From the human T2T-CHM13v2.0 reference genome, Homo sapiens, in NCBI RefSeq assembly GCF_009914755.1, contig NC_060943.1: 64,000 nucleotides of DNA. One strand, written 5' to 3'. Position numbers and translations under genes: made by a program. This document shows positions 1-16,779 of this stretch, one piece after another; position 1 is the first letter of the stretch; each line of letters begins with the position of its first letter. The notes below the pieces were generated by a model. That model ran no database searches, was not told the DNA's origin, and saw nothing but the letters and a program-made list of their open reading frames with translations.

Positions 1-570
1 ACACACAGCTCTGGACGGCATCCAATTATCTTCTTCCTGATTTTTACCAGAAAACTAGGCTCACGGAGAGCGGGGTGAAGGGTGACTGTCAATTAAGCCG
101 CCTGGGGTAGCTAGAGACCAATAAACCTACTTTCTAAATCAGAGGCAATTTCCTTTTCCACAGCGCCTGCTCTGCCTCTCTGTCTACAAGGACACATGAG
201 ACCGGCAGAGTCAGCGGTGGCCAACTTGGGCCTAACGGGCGTTCGGTTGTCTCGCAAGACAGAGAACAGCTATGCTCCACGGGTAAGTGGAGAGGAAAAG
301 CATCACAAACCCTTCAGCAAGTGGCAGCCATCAAGTTTCCCAGAATAACTCAAGTTCAGGAAGATGCTACACAGCCTCCGGTGAGGACAGCGAACTAATA
401 AACCTGCAGCAGCGCAGTGAGATCGGCGGGGGGTCCCCAAGGCGCATGCTCCATATCAAATTTCATTCTCCCCACCGACAGGGACGGAAGGGAAGCCGCT
501 GTTCTGCTGGAAGGGTGAACACCGCTGCCACGCTGGTCTCCGTCCTGCCCACGCTCTGGGCGGGACTCAC

Positions 571-858
571 CGGTCCAGGTCGTAGGGCCTCCGCCCGGGC
601 CGCCGCTCCTGCTCGTAACGCAGCTGCTCCTGCTGGCGCCGCAGCTCCTCGCGCTCGCGGTGGATGCGCTCCTGCTCCTTCCTGCGCTCACGCTCCACGC
701 GCATGCGCTCGCGCTCCAGCCGCTCCCGCTCCATGCGCTCCCGCTCCAGCCGCTGGCGCTGGCACTCGAGCTGCAGGCGTTCCCGCTGTAGCCGGGCCTT
801 CTCCTTCCGCTCATGGAAGGCCTCGAGGCGTTGCTCCCGCTCCCGCTGCTCGCGCTCC
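571..858 (-). CDS. SAFB2: SAFB2 exon 15 (Arg/Glu-rich coiled coil); gene continues beyond the window start
   Basis: cag|G GAG CGC.. [42 protein letters not shown]...RRPYDLD CG|gtgagt; within ORF 567-968. Confidence 0.94.
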
Positions 859-1540
859 CTGCGGGGACAGGTGAGGCTGCCCTGAACTCCCTGCGTGAGC
901 CTCCAAGGAGAAAGCCCGGTGCCCAAAACTGGGTGTGTATTGGAAGCAGAAAAAAAAAATGGATCCAAAAGCTCACCGGGCTTCCCTAAAGCTGCGCGTG
1001 CAGGGGGTTACCTTACTTAACAAAGCTACCTTAAGAAAAGCAAAGGCAGCACAGCTGGCAACATTTCTAGGTTTGCTCGAGAACATTTTCCAAATGCTGT
1101 GAGCACAGCTTTTGCTTTACTGAGCAATATTTGAGGAAAAGTGACAAGAGAACGCCGGGCATCCCGACATGAAAAGGCCGAATGTCAAGGCAGAGGGACA
1201 AGCCTCCTTCAAGACCACAGCCCAGAAGGGAGCCGCGGCAAAATGACAACTGGACTCTGCTTGCAGTTTCTGACCTTAGGTGAAAGGTTTCAACAGGGAA
1301 GACAGGCCTCAGCACCCAGGCACCATCCCATCCCATCAAAGCCACACACGGCTGGGCCTTCCACACGGGCCAAGGTCCAACATCAGAGGAGGGGCGAAAA
1401 TAGACTTTGAGCCAGCAGAAGGCTCAGCCTGTAATCCAGCACTTAGGGAGGCTGACGCAGGAGGATCGCTTGGGCCCAGCAGTTATCAGCCTGGCAACAT
1501 AGCCAAACCCCATATACTGTAAAGGGCTTTGATGACTTCT

Positions 1541-1827
1541 TTTTAAGAGACAGGGTCTCACTCTGTCACCCAGTCTGCAGTGCACTGTTGTGATCACAGC
1601 TCACTGCAGCCTTGAGCTTCTGGGCTCCAGCAATCCTCCCACCTCAACCTCCTGAGTAGCTGGGACTACAAGTGCACGCCACCATGCCCAGCTAATTTTT
1701 AAATATTTTGTAGAGGTGGGGTCTCGCTACATTGCCTAGGATGGTCTTGAACTCCTGGCTTCAGGGGATCCTCTGGCCCTGGCATCCCAAAGTGCTCGGA
1801 TTACAGGTGTGAGCCACTGCACCTGGC
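1541..1827 (-). mobile_element. Alu (old, AluJ-like)
   Basis: gagacagggtctcactctgtcacccag...gtgagccactgcacctggcc. Confidence 0.85.
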
Positions 1828-2040
1828 CCTTTGATGACTTTCATGCCACCTGGCATGTCTGGCGGCTCACGTGTGAACAGGTGCTGGCCCCTGCCTCGAG
1901 GACCCAGGTTAAGCACGACACCCGCCAGCCCAGGCACTGGCTCTCGGGCACACAGACTGCGCACTCCAAGTACAGCTGGGAGAAGGACAGCCACCCCGAG
2001 AGGAAACCACCAGCCCACAGCCCCACCCAGCTCCACTCAC

Positions 2041-2177
2041 CGCCGCCTCTCCGTTTCGCGGATCTCCCGTTCCCGCTGCCTCTGGCGCTCTCTCTCCCTT
2101 TGTTCTTTGATTTTATCAAACGACAAGATGTCTCTCTTTTCTTTGCTTTCTGACTTGCGATCCTGACTCTTGGAGCT
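2041..2177 (-). CDS. SAFB2: SAFB2 exon 14
   Basis: cag|[47 protein letters not shown]|gtgagt. Confidence 0.92.
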
Positions 2178-2662
2178 CTGTTTACCAAAACTGGTTTATT
2201 AATGTCAGGAAAATGATTGCAACAAACAAACAATGGAGATTATGCACGTGTGCATGAGACTAAGATTCTCTGGCCCCACATGGTGTAGATGGAAGGCTGT
2301 GGTCTCCAGACCAGAGGCCCAGGCATAGGCTGCTTCCCTCCAAGTTTGCATTTTACTGCCTAATCCAGAATCCTGCTTTCAGATGTCAAGGGGCATTCAT
2401 GGAAGAGAAGAGGTTGGCCCACGCCTCAGAAAACCTACAGGCACAGTTCTTCTAGCATAGCACAGCCAAGGACTCACATAATCCAAAGCAAACCTAGGCC
2501 TCTCAGAGCCACGGGCACATCCGCACAGGGCCACTGTGGCCATTAGTTCAGAGGGGACAGCAGTCAGGCCAGCTGTTTGGACAGCTGGAGGGCAGACTAC
2601 ATGTTTCACATCTCAACTGCTGGCTCAGGACTCAGGCAGACAGCTCTAAATAGAATATGCCA

Positions 2663-2972
<310 letters not shown>

Positions 2973-3049
2973 TTAATGCAAAACAGTGCTCCTAATAAGG
3001 TACAGAACACTAATAGCCAACTTCCGTAATTTATTTTTTGTAGGTTTTT

Positions 3050-3322
3050 TGGGTTTGAGACCCAGTCTTGTTCTGTTGTCCAGCCTGGAGTACAGTGGCT
3101 CAGTCACAGCTCACTGCAGGATCAAGTGATCCTCCCACCTCAGCCTCCTCAGTAGCTGAGACCACAGGTGCACACCACCATGCCTGACTAATTTTTCTAT
3201 TTTTGTAGAGACAGGGTTTCGCCCTATTGTCCAGGCTGGTCTCAAACTCCTGAGCTCAAGTGATCTGCTGCTTCATCCTCCCAAAGTGCCGGGATTACAG
3301 GTGTGAGCCACCGCACCCAGCC
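3050..3322 (-). mobile_element. Alu (AluJ-like)
   Basis: Antisense Alu consensus motifs. Confidence 0.85.
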
Positions 3323-3394
3323 TACATTCATCATTTTCTATCTGTGGCATAAAGCTCAGAGCTGTAACAACTGACTCCCATTTCCAAGGTTCTC

Positions 3395-3536
3395 CAGGGC
3401 CCCTCACCCAAACTGGCTACACATCAGACCCTCCCAGGAAGCTTTTAAACAACACAGAACCTGAGGCCTCCTGCTGATCCACACAGAATCTCTGGGGCAG
3501 GGGCCTGGGAAATGACATTTTTAAAAAGCTACTCAG
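3395..3536. mobile_element. MER5-like hAT DNA transposon relic
   Basis: cagaatctctggggcaggggcctgggaa...ttttaaaaagct resembles the MER5 core (recognised from memory). Confidence 0.55.
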
Positions 3537-4527
3537 TTTATTTCCCTAATTAGCCCCCATAGGAGAGAAAGAGCGAGCAATGAAAAACAAACCAACCCAA
3601 CAGAAAGACAGGCAAAGGTCAAGATGAGACATTACACCAATTATTAATAAAATGCAGGCTGGGGAGAAAGGGGCACACAGACACAGGAGAGACACACATC
3701 ACCCAGCACTTTGATGGCAAGCTTTGCCTACGAGACGGGCAGATGTCTTACACACACTGCAGTAGAATAAGGTGACAGATGCCCACATACCACCGCACAG
3801 TGGGCAGCACAGCAGGCAACAGTGTCAGCACGGGACTCCTGGGTTCTCAGGCCAGCTTAGCCACTTACTAGCGACCTGGCAGGTGCAACACACCCAGGAG
3901 ATTTAAGTCCCCTCCACAACCTTTCTGAACAGCACTTTATTTCAAAATTTAAACGTTAAAAGAGGCTGGGAGTGGTGGCGCACACCTCTAATCCAGCAAG
4001 TTTGGAAGATCAAGGCGAGAGAATCACTTGAAGCCAGGCTAAGCAACAAAGTGAGACACTCCCACCCTTTATTTTTTTTAATAGGTAAATATCATGCATA
4101 AAATAAAAAATATATGTAAAAGCGAAAAGAAAAAAAAGCAAAAAGGAAAAAAGCCAAACCGTATGTGTCTGTATGTAGAGACCTCCAAGGCATATTACAC
4201 AGAAAGTGCAAGCTCCAGCACATCCTCTGTCTGTGGTCCCATGGCAGGCACAGGGGACGTGTGTGCAGAGGAAGCCGAGGAGCCCAACTGGACACACGGA
4301 GGCTTTAGTATGCCCGTGCTGCATCTCCTCAAGCTGACCAGATGTTCTAATCATGCATGTGTCATCACTACTTGTTTTCAACATCACAGTTACATGGGGG
4401 TAAGAGTATGGGTCTTTTTCAATGTTCTACTCTACATTTCTCTGTATCTTATGATTTTCATGTGAAAAATGACATTAGGAACTGATACTTTATAAAATCC
4501 AAATGTTCATTTTAAAAACTAAGTCTT

Positions 4528-4834
4528 GGTTGGGCACGGTGGCTCAAGCCTGTAATCCCAGCACTTTGGGAGGCTGAGGCGGGTGGATCACTTGAGGTCA
4601 GGAGTTCGAGACCAGCCTGGCCAACGTGGCAAAATCCCGTCTCTACTAAAAGTAAAAAAATTAGCCTGGTGTGGTGATGTGTGCCTGTTGCCTGTAATCC
4701 CAGCTACTCGAGAGGCTGAGGCAGGAGTCGCTTGAACCCAGGAGGCAGTGGTTGCAGTGAGCAGAGATCACGCCACTGCACTCCAGCCTGAGTGACACAG
4801 CAAGACTCCATCTCAAAAAAAAAAAAAAAAAAAA
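4528..4834 (+). mobile_element. Alu (AluS-like)
   Basis: Full dimer, poly-A tail, TSD taagtctt. Confidence 0.92.
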
Positions 4835-5472
4835 GTTAAGTCTTAACAACACAAAGTGGTCCTGGCTGAATATGGTGAACTCCACATTCGTTAAAAAAGT
4901 ACTGTCACCTCATGAATATCTTAGCTAGAACCTGCAGCTGGGAAGCAGAGGTTTTTATTGTTTCCCAGAGTGAAAAACGCAAATGAGACGCTATTTCGTC
5001 TAGTTGTGTGCACAACTCGAGAGGTACAGCTCTTGATCTGATAACATGACCAGCTCTCTGTCCTAGGTTGGTCTCTACCTTTTTGGTTAATTTAATAGGA
5101 GACTAAAAAACCAATGGAAGAAAGTAACCTGCTATTAAGTCAACCAAAGAGTAGGACCTGCCTTCCGGCTCGAAAAGCCTGGGTCTGGCCCATCCCACCC
5201 TATGGTGAGCTGCCGTGTGAACCAATGCTCTGTCTGAAGGCGGCACATCCCGGTCAGGAGCCAGTAAGGGAAGCAAACACGGATGGGCACTGCTCTGCAG
5301 AAAGCACCAGGATTCATGTGTGTGTCTGTATCCGCAATCTACACAATTATCGCGCCTCCTACAAACTTCAATTTTAAAGGCAAAACAGTGCTGTTTTCAT
5401 AATGCGGATCAAACGGGCCGTGGAGCCATCGTGAGAAACAGCTGGCCCTGAGATGGCAGAGGCAATACTCAC

Positions 5473-5564
5473 TCTCTCTTTGGACCTGCTTGTGGTTTTC
5501 ACGCTAATGACGGGCTCTCCTTTCGATTTATCCATCACGACCGTCCGCTCCATTCCTCTGCTTC
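5473..5564 (-). CDS. SAFB2: SAFB2 exon 13
   Basis: aag|GA AGC.. [30 protein letters not shown]|gtgagt. Confidence 0.93.
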
Positions 5565-6810
5565 CTTCAGGAAAAAACACAACAAACTATCAAAACCTGT
5601 GGACGCCCCAACTTCCCGCAGTAAACAGCACTCTGATGGACCCTGGGCTTTTGAACACACAAGGCGTGAGTCAAGTGACTGACACTAGCCTTGGGAGCCT
5701 CTAATTCTCATCTATTGTGAGCAACACGGTAACACGGGCACAGCATCATGGGGGTACCCTCACAGCTCTTTACACAACTAGAGGGACCTGTTCCCAACCT
5801 ACAGCTTAAACCTGCAGCACACACACAAGCACGGCCATCCTGCAGAGCCCTCCGTGACCCTCCACTCTAAACCCACACAGCTCCGGAGCTGGTCTATGCT
5901 GTCACTCCTCCCTGACATTCTGTGAAGCTCCGCAGTATCCAGCCTGTGCTAGGAATCACACTGCCACTCTGAGGGAGTGCCTTGCCAGACGGGTGGGCTT
6001 CCCTCCATTCATCTCCAGCAATAAAGGCTTCCAAACCAATTATCTCTCCTGACGACAGAACCACCAGGCATAAACCACTGGAACAATGACTTATTTGGGG
6101 AGATTTATAATACTTGAGGAACATTTTAAAAACACGTTCCTCGTGAGACTCAGGGTAAATTAGCCCGAGAGCTGAAGATCCAGCTTGTAATGTGCTGTAC
6201 CAAATTTCAATGCTCCAGATGGTTGGGTTTTGTCTCTGTTTTTCTCTTCCTTGATGGGGGAGGTGGAGTTGGCTTATTTTTTTTTGCCACTAAACATTCT
6301 GAGTCTCATACAGATTCAAAGGTGTAAAGCACAATGAACCTTTATAAAATGACAACAGAAGTGGCATCGTCCAAACAGAACCACTTCAACAGATGCTTGG
6401 AGGTTTCATTTTTCTCTGTGTTTTTACTACCTCCAGCTTTAACATAATGTGGGAAAAACTTTACTGCACACCTGCAAAATAGCATCAGGTTAGTTACAAG
6501 AAACTCGGACAACTCACTCTTGCAAATCCCACACTACAATCAGCCAAAGGCCCTGAAAAAGCCCAAACTCAGGCAGCTGAGTTCAGCAATACACATAAGC
6601 CCTGAGTCCCAGGCACTTCTGGATTCCCGATGTTGTATGGACACTCCTTTAAGCCATTTCATCAACAGACTCTTGTTTCTTTAACACTGCCATATGAACA
6701 GCGAAACAGCCATGTCACCAGAGCTTGCTGTCCTCACCTTCCCTCGGAACCCCCACTCCCCACCCGTGCCAGGCCTTCCCCTTCCACAGCTCTTAAAAGG
6801 CTCTCCTCAC

Positions 6811-6941
6811 CTGATTTGGTGACTCTAGACCGATTTGTAGGTCCGGGTTTCAGCTCATCCTGGTCTTTTTCTTCCTTCTTAATGTCTTCAGGCTTTTTTT
6901 CCTCCTTCTTCTCAATCTTCTCTTCCTTCTTAATTACAGTT
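6811..6941 (-). CDS. SAFB2: SAFB2 exon 12
   Basis: tag|A ACT GTA.. [44 protein letters not shown]|gtgagg. Confidence 0.92.
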
Positions 6942-8109
6942 CTATTTAAAGACATGGTTATCAAATTTGAGTTCACAAGACTCTGTAACAGGAACGGCTC
7001 ACCCAGAGCCTCGACTCACACATACTCAGACGTCCACACAAAACAAATCACCCCGGCAGCAATTAGGTGGGAAAAATTATTTGGAACCCATAGTAATAAC
7101 AATACTCCTCTTTAGATACAGGCTGTATTCCCACTTCTAGTATGTGCTGAATTGAGGGATATGCACAATGAAATTCCTGGGGATGCGTTTCCAAAATGTC
7201 AGACAGGCTAGCACGCAAGAGTGGTGTGCAGGTGGACATGAGAAACACGCCAACTACATAAGAACACTTCTAAAAAGTTTAATGTTTCATCATGTATGTG
7301 TGGAACATTGTTTATAAGCTTTATAGGGAAAAGCATTTCTTCCCAATACAGCCTCAACGGGATGGAGGCACAGTGGCAGGACACCAAGCCCCCACTGCAC
7401 AGAGCGGCAGGCCATTTACCCGTGAGGCCAACACCCCTCGACCGGTAACTGCTGCATACTTTTAGGGAGTTAAAATAATGTGTTATGTGCCAGTGAATAC
7501 GGGAAGGTGTTAAGTGCCATTTCAACCAAAGGCAACTTTCTTCTAAGCAGTGAAATAAATCATCTTCGCCACTCAAACTCAGCTGCTGCGTTCCCTAATG
7601 CCATTTGTCTCAGGCAATTAAACTGCACACCGACTCAACACCAACGACATGCCAGGGTCCAGGCAGGAAAGTCAGGCCCCTGCAAGGCCCTCCAGCAAGC
7701 ACCTGTTGGCCTCTCCTCCAACCGACCCAGGCAGGGTTCCCGGCAGAGCTCCAGCCATGCCAGGGAAGCCTCTCTGATTGCCCCGTCTCCTCTGCCCTTC
7801 TCAACCTCCACATCATGGAGTTGTCTTTAAAAAATATATATATATACCATTTTGAGAAAAATTTTAAATACACACCATAGTAATTAATGGTACATCCCAG
7901 AACTGACTATTGTAAATCATCTCATCTCCTCTCCCTCATCCCTGCGACAACCACCAGGGTGGCCTTAGTGTCAATCACTGGGTCTGCCTGACCGCAGTAA
8001 TCTACAGTGACATTTTGTAAGAATGTCTTAGGAGTGACACGAACGAGGCCATACTTCATACACTGCTTACTTTTGTCACCTCATGGTATGCTTTAAAGAA
8101 GGGTTTTTA

Positions 8110-8439
<330 letters not shown>

Positions 8440-8880
8440 TTAGATCCTGAGACAGAACTTAGGGGGAATAAAAAGGGTCTGACTCCTTTCACCTGCTGCA
8501 CAAAATTCTGTGTTTATTCATCTGCTTTCCTTCCAGTAGATAAATATATATGCTGGAAAAAAGACTGGAAGGATATCCAACAAAAAGCATCATCCCTAGG
8601 TGTTGGGATTACCCCTGACATTTACATGTGCTTTCTGTATAACAACTGTATAAAAACCACCACTCATCCAAGATGGCAAAGGCTAGCCCCTCTTCTTCCC
8701 CTCTTTGGAAAGCTTCTCTATTTCACAAGGCCAACCACTAATCTAGAAATCCTTCAAATGGAAGGGAAGGCTAATGAAGGTGTTAATTTGAAGAAAAAAA
8801 TAAGGTCAAAACAAATTTTTAAATGCTCAACCTCCTAGGCAAACAACCTGCATGCAGTTTGGTCTTAAAGATCTTAAGTT

Positions 8881-9211
<331 letters not shown>

Positions 9212-9673
9212 TTAAGAGCCATGGGGCTCCGAGCAAACTTCATAGGTTGAATCCCAGCCTTGCCGTTTCCCAGCAAACTCAGGCAGGGCGCGCTCCCCTC
9301 TCTAGGCCTGTATCCTCTCCTACATAGAGCAAGTGCCTCACAGGGCTACTACAAGGACCAAGGAAACTGCTGCATTCCCAGTGCTGGCCACAGGACCACA
9401 CCATACTGTTAGCTAATTATTACCGCCTTTCCCACAAATACAGAAAAACAATTAATGAAACACGCAAGATACCAAGAACACCGCAAACCTGCAACAACAG
9501 TTCCCCATCTTCCACCAATACAGACATTTTTTTCTTAGCAATGCTGATGGGATGTGTCTTTTTGAAGTTGCTGATTAAATTAGAGGGCTCACCGCCCCCC
9601 CCACCCCCCTCCTCCAAGTTCATGAAGGCTCATCTGACACTCATTACTCAGGGGCCTACTGATTTCAATCTGG

Positions 9674-9950
9674 GGCCAGGTGCAGTGGCTCACACCTATA
9701 ATCCCAGTCTTTTGTGGGGCCAAGGTGGGAAAATTGCTTGAGGCCAGGGTGGAAACCAACCTGAGCAAAAGAGCAAGACCCTGTCTCTATCAAAAATTTA
9801 AAAATTACCTGGGAGTGGTAGCCCACACCTGTAGCCCCAGCTACTAGGGAGGCTGAGGTGGGAGGTTCACTTGGGCTTGGGAAGTCGAGGCTGTAATGAG
9901 CCATGACTGCATCAATGCACTCCAGCCTGGGTGACCCGTCTCAAAAAGTA
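9674..9950 (+). mobile_element. Alu (AluJ-like)
   Basis: Degenerate dimer. Confidence 0.82.
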
Positions 9951-10302
9951 AAATGTTTTTTAAAAATAATAATTCCAATTAAAAATAATAATTCCAATTT
10001 GGCCATGATGTAAATTGGTAATTACATCTTCAAAAACCCAGTTCAACTATGTCCACAGACATGTTTACCCTCTAAACTGCGTTGACAACGTAAACTTAAG
10101 GCAGACACTCAGCCTTCTGAGACACTGCCATGATCAGATACAACACGGAAATCTACCTTCTCAAAAGAGAAGCCTACAATTGTGTTAAAAATATAAACAA
10201 CCCACACCTCCCTTGAAAGATCTGTCCCTACCTCCATTTTGATTAAAGATATAAATCACCCCTTTATAAAAATAGAACCTCAGACCCATGGTTCCCAACT
10301 AC

Positions 10303-10422
10303 TACGCCAAGGTACGCCAAGGTACCCCAAGGTGCCACCGTGAACTCACAGGGTGCCACCGTGAACTCACAGGGTGCCACCGTGAGAACTCACAGGGTGG
10401 CACTGTGAACTCACAGGGTGCC
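10303..10422 (+). repeat. Compound minisatellite: 3 x 10-bp (tacgccaagg) then ~4 x 21-bp (ggtgccaccgtgaactcacag)
   Basis: Directly visible tandem units. Confidence 0.9.
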
Positions 10423-10786
10423 TTGGAATATTTTTAATTTTGAGGTAAACACAGCAATGCTTTTGCCATCTGTCAGACACAGCACCAACTGCTCACTCAA
10501 GGTCATTCACTGCAACACTAGACCAGGCTAAATTCCTTTGGATGATGCTTTATCTTTGAAAAACTGGGTGTATGACAGTTGCTGTGATTAATAAGTGAGA
10601 ACTGCATGAAAATCAACGTGGATGAGGAAATGATTCCAAGGTCTGAGAGGCTGTACAAGGGACCAGAATATGGAAAATGACATTTTGTGTATACTGTTTT
10701 TTCAAAAGGCTAATCAGTTATCAGGAAACAAATACATGCTGAGGATCAACTGTATCCACTTCTTAAAGACATGGGCTACTTCGTTA

Positions 10787-11097
<311 letters not shown>

Positions 11098-11268
11098 GCT
11101 GAATATTAAAGTGGCAGCAGAACACAAAAATCAGCTGAGACTCCAGCAGGAAGCTGGCAAGGCTGCGTGGGTACAGGTGGGGACAGATGCGTGTTTTTCA
11201 AGGCCCATGGTGGCTGCCCGTGCCCTCCTCCCAGGGATTCCAAGAGGAGGTTTGAAAATTCACTTTAC

Positions 11269-11381
11269 TTTTCAATTTTGATCTCCACAGAATGATGTCT
11301 GTCGACACTCGATAATTTTTCCTTCTTCACTTCGCACTCTTTTCTGTCGGAAAGCTTTTTCCCAGCAGGCTCATTTTTGGC
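11269..11381 (-). CDS. SAFB2: SAFB2 exon 11
   Basis: tag|[39 protein letters not shown]|gtaaag; phase matches exon 12. Confidence 0.88.
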
Positions 11382-11472
11382 CTAAAATATAATAGACAGA
11401 AATGATGTGTGGCCCAGAGCTTCTCACTTGCAAACTCCATTTGCGAGTTACCATAGACGAGAACTGCCTCAC

Positions 11473-11622
11473 CTTCTCTACGGAGATCATTCGTCCATGC
11501 AGCTCAGTTCTGTGGAGATGGCTGATGCACTTGGTCGCCTCGTCAGATGTCGACATGGTGACGAATCCATAGCATCGAGCCCCCGGGCTGCGGGCGTTCG
11601 TTACCACTTTGGCCCCGACAAC
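11473..11622 (-). CDS. SAFB2: SAFB2 exon 10 (RRM, RNP1)
   Basis: aag|[50 protein letters not shown]|gtgagg; 150 nt. Confidence 0.95.
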
Positions 11623-11778
11623 CTTCATGAAAAAGGGCACTCTTACTCTCTCATACAAATGACCACACAACTTGCTAAAGTTATTACCTGGCAATCAGAA
11701 TCATTTTCACTATTTGTCACCTCTCCCCATATGGTAGTTTTCCATTTTAGTTACTGAATTGGTTCTAATTAATCCTGA

Positions 11779-12090
<312 letters not shown>

Positions 12091-12926
12091 ACTAAATACA
12101 ACTGCTTTTAATACAAGATAAGTCATCACAAGGAAAACACACAAACATGCAAGGTTATAAAACCATTAAACTTCATTACTCACAACTAATAACCAGAAGT
12201 CCTACCCATCCACATTGTTTTCTCTATTTCCACTGTGCCCACAAACAGCTGTGGGGCTACTAAGAAATGCACCCATCCACTCCAGCTGGGCCTGAGAAGA
12301 GCTCTGACACAGACATGGACTGTCAGAAATGTCCCCATGGGGAAAGGACTTCCACTTCTGGCTGAGATGGGAGAACTAAGCATTGTCTTCCTGCCTGAAA
12401 CAACTAACAAATGTGATGAAACGTAGGCAACGACAGTTTTCAGATCCTGGACATCAGGCTGCCCAAGACAACAATCCCTGAGAGCTCCCTGACTGCCCCT
12501 GCTCACTGCCTAGATTCCCAGGCAATGGGGGATGGGTAAGACAGCACTGAGATTCTGAGACCAAGACAGAGAGAAATCACGGAACTGAGTATCAGAGAGG
12601 ACACAGCCACACAGAGCCACGCAGAGCAAGCTGAAGAGACCCACAGAGGGTTCCTCCCACCCAGTGCACACGTGTGCGAGGAAACCAGAGGCTGGGACAG
12701 CACCACCCATAAGGAGCAGAGGGAACAATCAGGAGCAGAGGGAACAACCACTGGAGGGGCACTCAGGGCCACAAATGGTTTGCTCTTCCCAATAGCCAGG
12801 GTGGAAAGGCTGGTAATTCACGGGCCATCAGACCCACTACTCAGAGGGCACTGCCCAGTGGTGAGACAAAATCAGCCCAAACTGAAGGCTACTTTGGCCC
12901 TGCCTTAGTGTGTGTCCAGTACCTCA

Positions 12927-13331
<405 letters not shown>

Positions 13332-13334
13332 CCA

Positions 13335-14385
<1,051 letters not shown>

Positions 14386-15453
14386 CCCGGGACACAGGAG
14401 TCCTGGTCTCTGCCCTATCTCTGACTCAGGGCATCAACCTAAGCAAGGCATTCCCCGTCTCTGGACCTCATGGCCCCAACTGTGAAATGACAAGGTGGAA
14501 CCCACAAGCTTGAGGTTCCCATCTGACGTCCTTGGTTTTGACCACACAAATGGAGGAGTCAAGGCTCTGCCTGAATCTGTCCAGGGCCAAAGGGACAGAA
14601 GACTCTCCTGAGAGAAACACAGATGCCACTTCCCATTCTACCTTCCCATCAAATTAATCATCCTTACAAGTATATCTCTTCTGATGACAGACAAAACCCA
14701 AATGAGAGCAGGCACCATACTAAGCTTGTATGTCCCTATCCCTGAGCTATGCCATCCGCCCTGGAGGCTCTGCATACTTCAGTCAAGTAGCTGAGTGGTG
14801 TCCTGCCCCTCTGGCCTTCCTACGTCCTTCTGTTTTTGTCCAGAGCTGAGCCCCACAGGTAAGGCCAACTCTGTCACTCACGCCTCAGCTGAATGTCACT
14901 TCTTCAGCGAGCTCTGCTGAAGCTGCCTCCCAAATCTAAACACGGCCTCCCCAACACACTGACGGCGTGCTCTAATATTCCTTAATACGCTCATCACAAC
15001 ACATCATATGTGTTTATTTCTTAAATGGTCTTTTTCCCGCCAGACTAAAAAATCTGTGATGACAGTGACCACGTATGTTTACCTCTGCTTAATCATCAGT
15101 GTCCGAGTGAAGTCAACAAAGTAACTGAATAAACAGGTTATTCATGGCTATAAGAATTTCCTAAGCCCTTGCTGAACACACAGACTGTTCAGAGAAAAAT
15201 TGAACAGCACGCTTTCTCCGGGTCCTGTCCGCTTCTTAAGCAATGAAACATTAACCAACACCTGATCGGGTGACACAGACCTAGACAAAGGAACGGCTTC
15301 TGTAGCCAGAAAACTGTGTCAGACAGGGCCCACTCTGCCTGGAATCAGGGCACCCTCCAGACACTAAATGGTCCGAACCTTGTCCCTTGGAAGCCACTCC
15401 CCAGAGGCACCCAGGAGACCAGGGCAGTGCCAATTGCTTACCAGAAGACTCTT

Positions 15454-15780
15454 GGCTAGGCGCGGTGGCTCACGCCTGTAATCCCAGCATTTTGGGAGGC
15501 CAAGCAGGCAGATCACATAGGTCAGGAGTTGGAGACCAGTCTGGCCAACATGGCGAAACCCCATCTCTACTGAAAATACAAAAATTAGCCAGGCATGGTG
15601 GTGGGTGCCTGTAATCCCAGCTACTCGAGAAGCTAAGGCACGAGAATCACTTGAACCTGGGAGGGAGGCGGAGGCTGCAGTGAGCCAAGATCACACCACT
15701 GCACTTCAGCCTGGGCAACAGAGCGAGACGCAGTCTCAAAAAAAAAAAAAAAAAAAAAGAACAACAAACAAACAAAAAAA
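15454..15780 (+). mobile_element. Alu (AluS-like), TSD agaagactctt
   Basis: Full dimer with flanking direct repeat. Confidence 0.92.
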
Positions 15781-15984
15781 GAAGACTCTTAATTAATTTC
15801 AAACAGTGGAATCATTTTAAATTGTCCTCACCTTCCTTTGGAAAGCTGCTGAATTGTACTATTTTTCTCCCACCCCCATGAGCAGCATCTTAGTGATTTA
15901 TTTTTGAACCACGATCATGTTCTAGTTATCAGACTATATACTTAAAATGCTAAATGATATGAAAGTCAATTATTCACTTCATTC

Positions 15985-16285
<301 letters not shown>

Positions 16286-16678
16286 TAAGTTTTGCACAAG
16301 ACAAAAGACCACCAGTCTCTTTGAGACCAGTTAGAAAGAACCCCAAGAACATTGAGAGAGAAGCTGTTTATACAGCTGTTCTGAGCACTGTTGTGATATG
16401 ACCAACCACCTGCCCTGCTCCGCACCCTAGTTACTGTGAGTCAGGAAACAAGGTGCACTGCACAAGACTGGGCGAGCTTCGCTGCTGTCGTTCCATTTTT
16501 TAGTAAACACAACATCTTGCTATGTTGCCCAGGCTGGTCTTGAACTCCTGGGCTCAAGCAATCCTCCTGCCTCAGCCTCCCAAACTGCTGGGATTATAGA
16601 CGTGAACCACCGTGCCCAGCAGAGCTTCCTTTTTAACTCTGAATCACAGTGGATGGTATGAGGCAAGGGAAGGCATAC

Positions 16679-16779
16679 CTTCCCATACTTGCTGAAAAGG
16701 TTCTTGAGATCCGTAGCGCGTGTTGTGGAGGACAGCCCGCTGACCCACAGGTTCCGACCAGAACCGCTGCCGACCCGAC
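16679..16779 (-). CDS. SAFB2: SAFB2 exon 9 (RRM, RNP2)
   Basis: cag|[34 protein letters not shown]|gtatgc. Confidence 0.95.

Noticed and set aside
287-976. Long ORFs 287-874 (+) and 395-976 (-)
   Set aside because: Antisense and alternative-frame shadows of the GC-rich, stop-poor Arg/Glu exon 15 of SAFB2.
10303-10422. CRISPR-like array
   Set aside because: Units are contiguous with no unique spacers, and the context is a human intron.
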